From assembly GCF_006345805.1 (NCBI RefSeq), contig NC_042998.1, positions 25,978,001 through 26,042,000 of the forward strand: DNA of 64,000 nt. Direction: 5' to 3'. The notes beneath the pieces are model-generated. The model had not been told where the DNA came from and did not search any database. It saw only the letters and a program-made list of their open reading frames with translations. Source of the stretch: Octopus sinensis (Eukaryota). Both the position numbers and the translations under genes were made by a program. Every line of letters begins with the position of its first letter. Within the stretch, counting starts at the first letter, position 1. Of this stretch, positions 37,606-51,048 are shown in pieces.

Positions 37606-40379
37606 AAACAAAAGAAATTAACAAAATAAAGACAGAGAGCTATTCTTCTTATTTGAAATACTTCTTTATTTTCCATAACAACAACAACAACAAGATAATT
37701 TGGTCAGACAATTTGGGTCAAGATAGAAAGAAAATAGTGCAATGAAGGCAGACTTGGAAGTGCATTGTGATCAGCAGTGTATAACAGTATCTGATGCCCT
37801 GATCGATATTGTGACACTGCGATATTGTTTTATCTGTGGTAAACCTTCTATTGTTCAATGCTGCACTACAGATCCTAACAATTCCTGTTCAACGAAATCC
37901 TACTAAATCCTATTAAATGTGTTTCACAATTGTATTGTATTGATAGCTTAATTTGTGTGGTATTGTAATTATATTTTTACAGTTATGTGTGTTACATTTT
38001 CTATTACCATTGAATATGATAAATGGAATCTAGTGCACTTATTATGGCACCAGTGTGTTAAACATTGTTTTCTGTAGACTGAGGATATTCTTCAATAGTT
38101 TTATTTGAACTGACTATTCTCTTGTAAAACATAAAGTTTCTATACTGTGGGGAATATGAAAATCTTGATGCTTCAAGCAAAAATCAATATTTTTCCTCTC
38201 TGATAAAGGGCTTCACATGAAACATCAAGGTTTTTCTCATCTCATATCATGCAAATTATCCAAATTGATGAACTTCATTGAATACCCTTTTTTTTTTTTT
38301 TTTTTTTTACCAATGATGACTTTTATTAAATTTCTCTGGACACTGACATTTTTTCTTTATGACTCCTTAAATTAGCAGTCCCCAATTCTCTAACACCCTG
38401 ATCCATTTTAGCAATTTGATAATCTTCACTGAATCTAAGAAAAAAGAGAATTCCAAAAATTGTACATGCTTAAAATTTTCTTACGAAAATTTCCTTTGCT
38501 TTTTTGTTGACAAAAAAAATAGTCTTGTAGTCCTTGTGGCAATGGTTTATTACCATTTACCAAATACTTCAAAAGTTAAAGACTTTGATTTCATGACCTT
38601 TTCATAAATATACTACAAGCCATAGATAGGTAACTGTTACTTTTGATTGTCTTCAAATATTGACATTGAAATAATTTCACCCTTCTGGTGCCGTTTGTAG
38701 TAAATCACATGAACACTACTCTCCCAGGAATCGTGTTTAACAGTTGAATTGATAGTTTAAATCACGTGGCATTGTAATTATATTTTTGAAGTTGTGTGTC
38801 ATAGCTATATATATCTTCTATTACTATTGACAACAACAAATGGAAATCAAGAGAATGTATTCTGCTATGGTGTGTTAAAAGAAATATAGACTCAGGCTAC
38901 TCTTCAATAGGTTTATTTGAACTGATCATCCTCTTAAAAGGTTTGTCTTTTTCATAGAAAATAGCAAAGAGTTGTTACAGCTGTTTTGCTTTACTTGAGC
39001 TATAAAAGAGCACATCTAAGATCAAAGATGTTCCAGCTGTGACCATCCCATCTTTGATTCAGATATCTCAAGCTATCTCATTGAATGTATACTGATATTT
39101 AAGAGAACGAGGAATGATTTGAGAAAGACAGGCTGCTATTTTGAGCAAGCTAAACAACAAAATACATATCTTGTTCCTTGGCTCAAAAGCACAGAGTTTG
39201 ATTGAAGTACTTCACAGGAATATCTCAAACTCAGTTTGGAATATTTTTGTGGAGTGATCAAACTAGATGCAATGGATAACAAGAACTTTGAAATTATCCA
39301 TCTATTAAATATGCATAAAAGAAGCTGATGTCTATGTAATTTATGATACCACACAAAACAGACTTGCAGCAAGAATTGTAATGCAAAGCAATCCAGTGGA
39401 TCATATTCCTGCTTCAATCTAAATCTTTATTTACTATCTCTCTTTCTCTCTTTTACTTGTTTCAGTCATTTGACCGTGGCCAATGAAATCCATTGTTATA
39501 TTTGTTCTGCACTATGTTACAAATATTCCCTTGACATTATTGCCATCAGAAATACTGTGAACCAGTCTCATTAGTTACCTGTAACCAGCAATACCATTGT
39601 TCACCAACTGCGAAATAAATTAAATAAATTAAAGTACAGAAATTTCTTCAAACAGTTTTTAATTTCATTGAAAAAAAAGAACACATTCAAAAGAGATTTT
39701 AATCATAATTCTAAGGTAATATATTAGCAATTTTCTGTCATTTGATGCCAGTTAGTAATAGGAAAATAGCTGGACACAGCATATATCATAATACAATGGG
39801 ATTACTTTCATGAATTGCTGTCCAATAAATTTAATGTTATAATATAGCTGAGAATGAATGAATTCTCCTACTGACAAAGCTAAATTAATTTTGCTGAATA
39901 TTATTAATCTTGTGTTGGAGTGAAACATATAATGCTTAAATACTTGTAATCAGGCTTGGGATTTATTATAGCACAACAAAATATTGGAATACATTGGAAT
40001 ACATTGCATTCAAATACACACAATTCAAGAAAATGGCACTTTAGGTTTCTTTTACGTTTTTTTTTTCTCCCTATATATTCTTTTTTTTTTTTCACCGATA
40101 TATTATATCAGAATTCGTGAACAATAATATTGATGATTACAGGTTTTTCAATGGGGCAATCACTGGTTCACTGCACTTCTGATGTGGAGAGTGACAAGGG
40201 AATGTCTGTAACTTGGTGCAAAGTTCTTTGTTCTCTCGAAAAGAACTTTGAAGAGAATTGATTTTCCACTGATGTATTTTCTATAACAGAAGACCTTGGG
40301 CAAGTGTCATCTACTATAATCCCAGACTGACCAAAAGCCTTGTGAGTGAATTTGGGAGGAAATGAAAGAAGCCTATTAA

Positions 40380-40650
40380 TATGTATGTATGCATATATAT
40401 ATGTATGTATACGTGTATATATATAAATATATATATATTATATATAAATATATATATATTATATATAAATATATATATTGTCTGTCACTGTTTGAGTTGC
40501 ATAATAGAGGTTTTATCTCTAATATATATTTTATATATATACATATATATGTAAATTTATATATATACATGCATATATAAATTTATATATACATACGTAT
40601 ATATATATATATAAATTTATATGTACATATATATATATATAGAGAGAGAG
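40380..40650. repeat. (TA)n-rich tract following a family A fragment
   Basis: direct inspection. Confidence 0.85.
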
Positions 40651-40789
40651 AGAGACATAAAGTGCATAAAGTCAGGAAGTGAGGGAGGGGGTTTATATAT
40701 TTATTTTCCACATGACTTTCGCATGATTGAGATCTTACATAATTGAGTAATAGAACCATCTTTTCTATTACATTGTGTTATATAAATAT

Positions 40790-40945
40790 CATTATCATCA
40801 TCATTTAACGTCCATTTTCCATGCTGGCATGGGTTGGAGGCACCAGGTTTCAACTGTCTGTTTTCTTATTGTCTATATGTCTGGATGCCCTTCCTAATGC
40901 TAACTACTTTACAAAGTTTACTGAGGGCTTTTGACATGGTACTAG
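40790..40945 (-). mobile_element. Family C, degenerate
   Basis: CATCATTTAACGTCCATTTTCCATGC; GGATGCCCTTCCTAATGC. Confidence 0.72.
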
Positions 40946-41065
40946 CATGTATGTATGTATGTATGTATGTATGTATGTATGTATGCATGTATGTATGTAT
41001 GTATGTATGTATGCATGTATGTATGCATGTATGTATGCATGTATGCATGTATGCATGTATGTATG

Positions 41066-41097
<32 letters not shown>

Positions 41098-41470
41098 TGT
41101 ATGTATGTATGCATGTATGCATGTAAGTATGTATGTATGTATGTATGTATGTATGTATGTATGTATGTATGTATGTATGTATGTATGTATGTATGTATGT
41201 GTGCGTGTGTATTCATGTATGTATGTGTGCTTGTGTATTTATGCATCTGTTTATGCATGTATGTATGTATGTGTGTATGTGCGTGTGTATTTATACGTGT
41301 ATTTATGTATGTATGTATGTGTATATATATGAATGTTTGTATGTATGTGTGTGTATTTATATGTGTATTTATGTATGTATGTGTGTATGTGTGTGTATTT
41401 ATGTGTGTGTGTTTGTTTGTGCATGTGCATGTGCGTGTGTATATTCATGCATGTTTGTGTGTCTGTGTGA
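40946..41470. repeat. (TATG)n microsatellite degenerating into (TG)-rich tract
   Basis: direct inspection; source of YVCM/HTYI ORFs. Confidence 0.95.
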
Positions 41471-42396
41471 TTTATCATAACTTTTATCCTTTGTATAATC
41501 CAAGACAGTCACTAAATGGCAGGGGTTTTCTTGTTTAAGTGAAGAAAGCTCTGTGGATCTGTAATTACCAGATTGGCATATGCATATATATGTTGATGTT
41601 GTATCCATGAGTATGCAATTGGATGAATTTGCACACATGCATGTGTACATCACAACAGAACACAAATGAGTATGTTTCATAGCTGTTTATATGCATGCAT
41701 ATATACCAGGCATGTGCCATCAGTAATTACTCAGGGCAGGTAGTTAATGACGTTTATGTAGCAAAAAACACAAAAAAATAAGTGAAACACAGGCGCGTAG
41801 CTGAGTTGAAAGCAGATTTACTTCTGCCTTTATAACATGTAAAGAAAACGGTGTTGTAGGAGTGTATGCAGTATGTGTACCACAGCAGTAACTCTGTGTA
41901 GCCTTAATACTGAGATTGAAAGGCAGGGGTGAATTATGCCTACATAATCTACAAAAATATAAAATATTTTGCATTTTATGCATAGTAATTAGAGTAGCCT
42001 TCATAATTTTATTGAATTAGGTGCATATTTTGCCTTAAAAAGGCAAATGTTGCTATAGATCTATTTTATTCATGGTAGGCACTGCCTACATTGTCTACCC
42101 AGGCAGCACGTCCTTGATATATATGTATTCTATATGTGTATGTGATTGTATGCATCTGTTCATCCAAGATTCTCAAATGGAGAAGCCCTGAAATGGTTTA
42201 CAAAATTTCCTTGTACCTCTGATTGGCTATATCTGAAGAATATACATCAATCTGTTTTGTTCTTCTTTGGAAAACCTATGTATTTTTAGTTTTCTGTGCA
42301 GATAAGTGATGTAAGATGGCATAGTATTTATTCTTTTATTCTTTTATTTGTTTCAGTCATTTGAGAGGAAGTGAGGAAGTGAGCCCAAGTAAAACT

Positions 42397-43400
42397 CAAC
42401 GATGGCTCAAAAGCTCTGGACTAAAACTGATTCTTGCCGCACAAGACCAATGCCTGACTACAAACAGTTATAAAAACAGGCCCCAACACCAAATACAGAA
42501 TGTGCAACCATCACAATGAGACTGTTGACCACATAATCTCTGGCTGCCCAGTCCTTGCCAAGTCAGAATACATATACAGACACAACAAAGTAAGCAGTTA
42601 TATCCACTGAACAATATGCTAACATTAGAACATTAAAACTGACAATAGGTGGTATAAGCATGTGCCAAACAAGGTACAAGACAATGACTAGGCCACAATC
42701 ATCTGCGATAACCTGGTTCAAATCAACAAAGAAATAAAAGCCAATCACCCAGACATAATAATCAAGGATTGGGGGGGGGAAAAAAACACCTGCTTACTGA
42801 TAGACAGTGCAGTCCTTGCTGATCAAAATATTGTCAAAAAAAATATGGAGAAATTGTCAAAGTACAAAGATCTTGAAATTGAAATATTCAAGATGTGGGG
42901 CATGAAGGTTAAAACAATACTAATAATAATTGGAGCAGTGGGCATGATAAAAATAAAAGCATGAACAAAAACATAGAAGTTTTACCTGGATCCTCAACAC
43001 TACACACTGTCCAAAATATAGCCCTGCTACAAACAGCCCACATCCTATGAAAAACACTATCAATCCAATAATACAACCTAAACAAAGCAACCCACAAATA
43101 CAAGACACATTCTATACAGCATTTACCCAATGAAATAAACTTCCACCAGCAAACTAGATAACCAATGCATTACACACTCAACACACAATACAAGCAGTAA
43201 TACAACAAAAGGCTGCACCACACCTCAAGAGAAAAATAAACTAACACTATACAATACCGGGAAGTGTGTTGTGCACTCCCAATAACAGGAAAGGACACAC
43301 AATGCTGCACACACCCCTGCAACACAGAGGTGGAGCAGGTGATGCAGTAGAAATTTGCCTTGAACTACCAAATATTGAACAGTTATGTAACAACAACAAC
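42397..43400 (+). mobile_element. R4/Dong-like non-LTR retrotransposon 3' fragment (zinc knuckle + restriction-like endonuclease + 3' UTR), decayed
   Basis: WLKSSGLK..LAAQDQ, RMCNHHNETVDHIISGCPVL..YIYRHNKV, KANHPDIIIKD, LLID, EKLSKYKDLEIEI.KMW, IIGAVG; stop at ~43071; (AAC)n tail. Confidence 0.88.
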
Positions 43401-43404
43401 AAAG

Positions 43405-43650
43405 ATTCGAGCGAGGTCGTTGCCAGTACCGCCTGACTGGCCCTCGTGCCGGTGGCACATAAAAAGCACCCACTACACTCTTAGAGTGGTTGGCATTAGG
43501 AAGGGCATCCAGCTGTAGAAACTCTACTAGATCAAGATTGGAGCCTGGTGCAGCCATCTGGTTCGCCAGCCATCTGGTTTGCCAGCCCTCAGTCAAAATT
43601 GTCCAACCCATGCTAGCATGGAAAGTGGACGTTAAATGATGATGATGAAC
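43405..43650 (+). mobile_element. Family C element
   Basis: core and (GAT)n tail; internal duplication GCCATCTGGTT. Confidence 0.88.
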
Positions 43651-44569
43651 AACAGCAACAACAATATTAATAATATCAATGGAAACCATGTCTTTTATTT
43701 GAGATATGTTATTTTCAAATGCTTACAATTTAAAAAGAAAAAAAATAGGTTAATTTTATTCCATGTGAACATTCTTAAGGACAAGAATATTGAAATTAAT
43801 GATACAAATTAAAGGTAATGTTACATTGTATATAGCATTTCTGTATAATATAATTAAAATCTTTTAAGAGTATTAAAAAACATTTGAGACAGAAATTGAA
43901 AATATCCAGAAAGAATTAAACATTTTATTTCTTATTTTTCCAAAGAGGAAATATCATTTTGCATTCAGTGCTCACGTGTTCATTTTTACTGGTAAGTGTT
44001 ACATCTACCATAACATTCAGTTTGAGTTTGTTTCATTAAACTTCAAAGGATATGCTAATAAATTATATCCATTTAAATATCAAGGAAATTGCAGTTTATT
44101 TAACATATAAAAAACTGTAAGCTATTCATTTCTGTGCCAAAACCAAATGAAATATCTGTAAATGTTTAATTTTCCAAGACACAGGATGTATTTCAAACAT
44201 CTTGTTAACATCACAATCACATCCTTTTATTAATAATTGGCAAAAATTGATGGGACAAATCATCATCATCATCATCATCATCACCATCGCTGGCAGCAAA
44301 CGGAAGGGTTAAAATGTGTGCAGAATTTCCTGTCATAAGATTACAACAGCTGAATGGTGTCATAGAAGAATTTAGAGATGGGTGTTAGGAAGATGAGAGG
44401 TGGAGAAGGCTTGATGGGGACTAATTGGATGCAGAGTGAGGGCCCAGTAAGTGTAAAAACATAAACATAAGGTTTATAAGACCCCACATTTACTGTGAAA
44501 GAAGGGTCTTTTCAAGTACAGACAATTACCAATTCTGTTGATCCTTTGTTATTTTCTTCCTAAGGTTCA

Positions 44570-46340
44570 ATAGCTTGAGCCTTCATTTCCTCTTCCCATG
44601 TCTTCCTAAGTCTCACTCTTCCACAAGTTCCATCCACATTTAGCAATTGGCACTTCTTTGTACAGTTGTTCTCATTCATACATATAATAATAATAATGAA
44701 ATTATTGTATACAGTGCTCAGGTGCACCACAACTTGTCAAAAGTGCATATAAAGCATATGCAGTAATGTACAAATGTCTGGAAAGTGAACAGTGTATGAG
44801 TCAGATACATGCTTGCGTGTGTATGGAGGGGAGAAAAATCAGGTGTAGTGTTGGCGAATCTCAGGAAGCATGGAAGTTTTGAAGGATGCAGTGCTCCGAC
44901 AACTAACAACTGATGCTGGCAGTTTGTTCCATACTTCAGCAGACCATATCAGCTCAGTCTACTTTCTTGCAGACTACACCTCATTTTTCTTATGCCCAAT
45001 TTTTTTCTCAACACATTCGCACTTTGTCAGCCATGCACACAAGCACTGCATTCCTAATGGAGCATAGCAGTTTCATTCCCTTCTAGTTTTTGCATGTCCT
45101 CTGCATTCAGAGCCCATGTCTCACTACCATGTAGCATTACTATTCACACACAAACACCATACAATCTGCTTTTCACTCTGAGGGTGGGACTTCCGCTACC
45201 CACAGAGGTAATAACTAGCTAAACTTACTCTTTCTTATTCTTATTACAGCAACTATACTTTCAGAACATCCTCCTCCACTGCTAATTAGGTTACTTAGGT
45301 AACAGAAACTGTCTACTACCACTAAAGAACCTCCTGGGCTATTTTAGAGCAGCTATTTCCTGTGTGTACTTCGTGTTTATTGCTCCAGGACACCTGCCAC
45401 ACACAAAGTCTACTTTCTCCATTAATCTTCATTGCATTCTTCTGATTGTGCACCTTATGTACAGGGGAACAACAAGCACTGACAACACTGCATGGAATTT
45501 CTATCTACACCTGTCCTGCATACTGAGCAGAGCTATTTCCCTGAAAAGAGAAATGTTCTGTGTGTTTTCCTGATTAGTGGAACTTTGGCTTTTGCTTTTA
45601 AGCTAACTTTAAATTTCTTTGATTCCACACCTGGAATTTCTTTTCTAATTCTTCAACATGGTCCACTATGAGAATGAGGTTATCGTTACATAGAAGTTCC
45701 CAAATTGTTATTATGACCAGAATATTCTGGAGAATAGAAGAGGATTGAGAACTGAAAGCTAATAAACTCCCACTTGTACACTAAACTCATTGATGTAACT
45801 GTACCTCACTCAAATCTTATTGACAGCATCTATGCACATGTCTTACAAGGCTTTCATATGAATGGAAACTATTCATCTAGCAAAAGACTCCACAGACACC
45901 ACCAGGCCACAGAGCAAAGGGAAGCTGTCAAAGGCTATCTTGAGGTCAACAAATGCCAAATACAATGACTTACTTTTTGCAAAATACTACTACAGTTGTC
46001 TTGGCACAAAACCAAATTCTTCTCATATAATTTCATTTTCTTCCTAATAAATCACACTCTACATATTTTTCATGACCTCTGTAATTTGATACCTCTGTAA
46101 TTACTTCTGTCTAAGGTGTCTCCTTTACCCCTGTATCTTCAAATAATATAGCTTTGCCAGTCACTAGGTGATAGCACTTTCCTGTACAACTTGATTAACC
46201 CTATGAGTGACTAAACCACACCCTCCTCAGCAGGTATTTTAAGCATCTCTGGGGATTCCTGATGGACCAGGGCCTTACCCAGCCTTCTTAGTCTTAAATG
46301 CTTTATCTGACATACTGGTGTCACTAAGATAACTGGTCCC
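44570..46340 (-). mobile_element. RTE-like LINE fragment (RT domain to C-terminus), decayed, interrupted by CR1-like insert
   Basis: minus peptides YRGKGDTLDRSNYRGIKL, LCSVCRTGVDRNSMQCCQC, KVDFVCGRC, MLHGSETWAL, NCTKKCQLLNVDGTCGRVRLRKTWEE. Confidence 0.85.
44683..44940 (-). mobile_element. CR1/L2-like LINE 3' end inserted into the RTE fragment
   Basis: minus peptide EVWNKLPASVVSCRSTASFK followed by UTR and (TTA)n tail. Confidence 0.72.
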
Positions 46341-46419
46341 ACTGTTGATTCTATGTTGTGAAGACCCTTTTTCTCTCATGCATTCACCACATTTAATAGT
46401 CTGTCATACAAACACACTC

Positions 46420-46710
46420 ATGTGGAGGCACATGGCATAGTGGTTAGAGCAGCGGACTCGCAGTCGAGGGATCGCGGGTTCGATTCTCAGACCGGGCGAT
46501 GTGTGTGTTTATGAGCAAAACACCTAAACTCCACACGGCTCCGGCAAAAGGTAATGGCGAACTTCTGCTGACTCTTTCACCACAACTTTCTCCTGCATCT
46601 TGCTGCTCACCGGCAATGGACCAGCATCCCGTCCAGGTGGGGAACCTATATGCCAAGGAAACCAGGAAACCGGCCCTTATGAGCCAGGCATGGCTCGAGA
46701 AGGAACAAAG
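46420..46710 (+). mobile_element. tRNA-derived SINE (head as at 5842, tail as at 63800)
   Basis: GTGGAGGCACATGGCATAGTGGTTAGAGC..GGGTTCGATTCTC; tail GGCATGGCTCGAGAAGGAAC. Confidence 0.85.
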
Positions 46711-46959
46711 AAAAAAGAAGAAAAACACACTCATGCACACATGCATGCATGCATGCCCAAACACACACACAAACACACTTTATATGATGAGCTTCTGCCC
46801 TGTTTCATCAACAAAATTCACTCACAAGACATTAGTCAGTCACACAGTGGTACTCAACCCAACCTAAAAACATACAGTTTCAAAGCAAACTGCTTACCCA
46901 TGCTGCTGTGCCCACACTTATCTTTACTCAGCTTTCATCTTTAATGTTTTCTGATAATT

Positions 46960-47298
46960 CAAGGGTTCTCAACCATTTTTTATCTATAACCCCCTTCGAT
47001 TACTATTTTATTCTGGTGGACCCCCATAGCCATTTGATGTTTGAAACCTAGTTTTATAGATGCTTCTTCTAAAATTCTTATTTTGTTTTCAACACATTAA
47101 CTCGTGTAGGTTGAACTATGTAAAATGTTAGAAAAACTAACCTGGTTGTTTCTTGCAATACATTCTAAGCAAAATCTTTTTCAGGGGTCCCTTAAAATAC
47201 TATTGTGGATCTCCAATTAATTCTTTTGTTGTGTGGACCCCCACCAAAATTTTATATGGACCCTCAGGGGCCGTATGAACCCCGGTTGAGAGCCACTG
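46960..47298. mobile_element. hAT-like MITE
   Basis: TIRs CAAGGGTTCTCAACC / GGTTGAGAGCCACTG; 8-bp flanks TGATAATT / TGATAATA. Confidence 0.85.
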
Positions 47299-47317
47299 TG
47301 ATAATACAATGCAATAC

Positions 47318-47725
47318 TTACTCTTTTACTTGTTTTAGTCATTTGACTGCAACCATGCTGGAGCACTGCCTTTAGTCAAGCAAATCGACCCCAGGACTTA
47401 TTCTTTGTAAGCCTAGTACTTATTCTATCGGTTTCTCTTGCTGAACCACTAAGTTACGGGGGACGTAAACAGACCAGCATCGGTTGTCAAGCGATGTTGG
47501 GGGGACAAACACAGACTCACAAACACACACACACACACACACACATATATAAACATATATATGACAGGCTTCTTTCAGTTTCCGTCTACCAAATCCACTC
47601 ACAAGGCTTCAGTCGACCCGAGGCTATAGCAGAAGACACTTGCCCAAGGTGCCACACAGTGGGACTGAACCCAGAACCATGTGGTTGGTAAGCAAGCTAC
47701 TTACCACACAGCCACTCCTACGCCT
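47318..47725 (-). mobile_element. Family A SINE
   Basis: full tail to head. Confidence 0.92.
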
Positions 47726-48435
47726 ATAAACACAATTGTACACAAGATACTATTATTTTCTATGGAGATTCTATCTGACATAAATAGTGCCAAGGTTTTC
47801 AAATAATTTCCACTTCTTGTTAACCCTTCTTATTACCATCCTTTATAAACGAATAAATATATTTTATCAGATTAAAACTAGTTGCTAAATGTTAAAATTA
47901 ACTAATAGAAACATATTCCAGCACAAGAAATCTTGTCATTAACTTAAGAGTAAAACTGATGTGTTTTGTAAGATTTTACTAGTGATGTGTGCAATTTTAC
48001 TGCAGTAAGTTTACTGAAATAACCAGCTTCAATTTATTCATATCAGATTACTGAAAGACAGTAAACAATTTCCTCTCCATTTTCTATCCAAGTATATATC
48101 TTATTTAAAGTAATAAAAGATGAATGGGTATAGCAAGATTTGTTAGAAGTAGAAGTTCAGAACATTGGTAAATATTTGTAATAATTAGAAATACAGTCTA
48201 ATAACTTCATATTAAAGATAAATACTGTGTTGAATTACTGGATTTTTCTACTGTTTTATTGAAGTTTCCGGATAAATATGAATTATAAAATTCTGTCTTC
48301 ATGTTCTCCTAAGCAACATAGAGTAGCTAGTAAGCACGGGCCTCAGGAATTCTGGGTTGGTGTTTAGCATGCTAGAAGACTATACTGGGAGTGAGACATC
48401 CCTTAGCTTTTGTTAAAGCATACCTCTGCCTATCT

Positions 48436-48856
48436 CTTTTACTCTTTTACTCTTTTACTTGTTTCAGTCATTTGACTGCGGCCATGCTGGAGCACCGCCT
48501 TTAATCGAGCAAATCGACCCCGGGACTTATTCTTTGTAAGCCCAGTACTTATTCTATCGGTCTCTTTTGCCGAACCGCTAAGTGACGGGGACGTAAACAC
48601 ACTAGCATCGGTTGTCAAGCGATGTTGGGGGGACAAACACAGACATACAAACATACACGCACACACACATATATATATATACATATATATATGACAAGCT
48701 TCTTTCAGTTTCCGTCTACCAAATTCACTCACAAGGCTTTGGTCGGCCCAAAGCTATAGTAGAAGACACTTGCCCAAGGTGCCACGCAGTGGGACTGAAC
48801 CCGGAATCATGTGGTTGGTAAGCAAACTACTTACCACACAGCCACTCCTGTGCCTA
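48436..48856 (-). mobile_element. Family A SINE, young copy
   Basis: near-identical to 22833-23258. Confidence 0.93.
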
Positions 48857-49224
48857 TCTTGTATTTTTTCTGAAAATTTACTCCTTGGACAACTCCCTCT
48901 TTAACCCTTTAGCATTTGAACTAGTTATAACTGAGAATGAAGGGTTTACTTGAATAAACACGATAAATGTGTTAAACACTGTCTCGTATAACTTTCCAGG
49001 TTTACCTCATCTAGATAGATGAAATTGTTGTTTAGAACTTTCATTAATGGTTCAATTTTAACGGCAGGTGAAAACCGAGATTGTGCAAAGCAAAAGAACA
49101 GAAGTTAACATATATGAAGAATGAAAGAAATGGTAGCAATTTAGATTTTTATGTTTTCATTTAAGAGATGTAATCATTATCATTGCCATAAATCACATTA
49201 ACAACAGCAACAACATCAATACTG

Positions 49225-49478
49225 TCACACCATCATCATCATCATCATCATCGTCGTCGTCGTCGTCATCGTCGTCATCATCATCATCGTCGTCATCATC
49301 ATCATCATCATTATCATCGTCATCGTCATCATTATCATCATCATCATCATCATCATCGTCGTCATCGTCGTCATCATCATCATCATCATCATCATTATCG
49401 TCGTCGTCATCATCATCATCATCATTGTCATCATCGTCATCATCGTCATCATCATCATCATCATTATCATTGTCATTG

Positions 49479-49538
<60 letters not shown>

Positions 49539-49542
49539 CCAT
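49225..49542. repeat. (CAT/CGT)n microsatellite, ~315 bp
   Basis: direct inspection. Confidence 0.96.
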
Positions 49543-49746
49543 CAGGCTTTTGCAGAGTTTCCATCAAACCAAATAGTTTTACAAAGTATTGTTCAACCTA
49601 AGGATATAGTTGTAGAAACTTGCTCCTAAACGCTACACAAGAATACCAGACCCAAAACCGAACATTTTACCCATCCAACCATGCTTGTGAACGTATGAAA
49701 TTCATAACTTACATTAATCTGGCTGTGTTCCATATTTGGCTTCATC

Positions 49747-49974
49747 TTAACTCTTTAGCATTTAAACCGGCTATATCCGGCCTAAATATTCTATCTATCT
49801 TATGTTCAAACTCGCCAGATTTCGCCTCTTATACCTACCCTACAATGTAATTATAAACATAAACAATCACACCATCGAAATCCCAAAGCTATGAAATAAT
49901 GCATGATTGATTGAAAGCAATGTGAATGCATAACCATTTCATTTGGCAGATTAATCTGAATGTGAAAGGGTTAA
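49747..49974. mobile_element. piggyBac-like MITE, uninterrupted 228-bp copy
   Basis: TTAACTCTTTAGCATT...GAAAGGGTTAA. Confidence 0.82.
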
Positions 49975-50183
49975 CCTCATCAAAAATAATTCCATGATGA
50001 AAAATCACTTTGAAATAACAGAATGTGTGTGTGTTTGGTATTGCTAAATTTTACAACTTTATGATATAGACTTGGCTGTAATAGGGTCTTTTTGTTGATC
50101 AACTCATTGTCAATACTGATAAAAGATGTTCCAGCTATAACCAAGGATGATGTCAATCTTGTAAGAGATATGCCTAGGTCAAG

Positions 50184-50491
50184 CCCTCTGTTGGTTACAA
50201 TGATGAAGGTTCCAGTTGACTTGATCGACAGGACAGCCTGCTCATGAATGTGGCTGTGTACACCACAGACATGCATATCCTTAATGTTGTTCTCAGGGAG
50301 ATTCAGCATGACACAGAATGTGACAAGGCTGGCCCTTTGAAATACAGATAAGACACATTTTTGGCAATTGAGTGGACTGGAGCAATTTGAAATAAAGTTT
50401 CTTGCCCAAGGAAACAATGTACCACAAGGAATCGAATTCAAACCTTACAATCGTGAGCCAGATACTTTACCACTAAACCATGTGCCTTCAC
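50184..50491 (-). mobile_element. Family D SINE
   Basis: reverse complement of 50727-51048. Confidence 0.87.
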
Positions 50492-50726
50492 TGCCTTGGA
50501 CAACATTATCCAAAGAGGCCTTTACTTATTTGTGATGGTAAAGTGCAATTTGTAGGAGATTTAGCTGCTTTTCCTAGCATGTTGAGTGACTATGTAGAGG
50601 CTTTCTTGCTGGTGCATGAAAGGTTCTCATTACTGAGAGTGGTGACTCTTGGATATAGATAATTCTCAGGGCAGGAGATACATTGCCCTTGAGCTTTACA
50701 GGCACTCCTACTTAGGTTATATGTAT

Positions 50727-51048
50727 GTGAAGGCACGTGGCTTAATGGTTAGGGCATTCGGCTCATGATTGCAAGATCATGAGTTCAATTCCCAGCGACA
50801 TGCAGTGTCCTTGAGCAAGATACTTTATTTCACGTTGCTCCAGTCCACTCAGCTGGCAAAAATGAGTTGTACCAGCATTTCAAAGGGCTGGCCTAGTCCC
50901 ACTCTGTGTCACGCTGAATCTCTCTGAGAACTACGTTTGGGGTACACGTGTCCATGGATTGCTCAGCCACTAGCACGTTAATTTCATGAGCAGGCTGTTC
51001 CGCTGATCGTATCAGCTGGGACCCTCGTCGTTGTAACTGACAAAGTGC
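50727..51048 (+). mobile_element. Family D SINE
   Basis: GTGAAGGCACGTGGCTTAATGGTTAGG A-box, GAGTTCAATTCC B-box, GTGTCCTTGAGCAAGATAC. Confidence 0.88.

Noticed and set aside
39136-39417. 93-aa minus-strand ORF as an intact gene
   Set aside because: No recognisable domain with confidence, and the opposite strand gives a competing CxC pattern; kept only as context for the 37940/38749 duplication.
319-49567. Long ORFs of poly-M/I/D/H/L or YVCM/HTYI (e.g. 356, 11662, 19551, 40834, 49193)
   Set aside because: They are translations of (GAT)n, (TTA)n and (TATG)n microsatellites.
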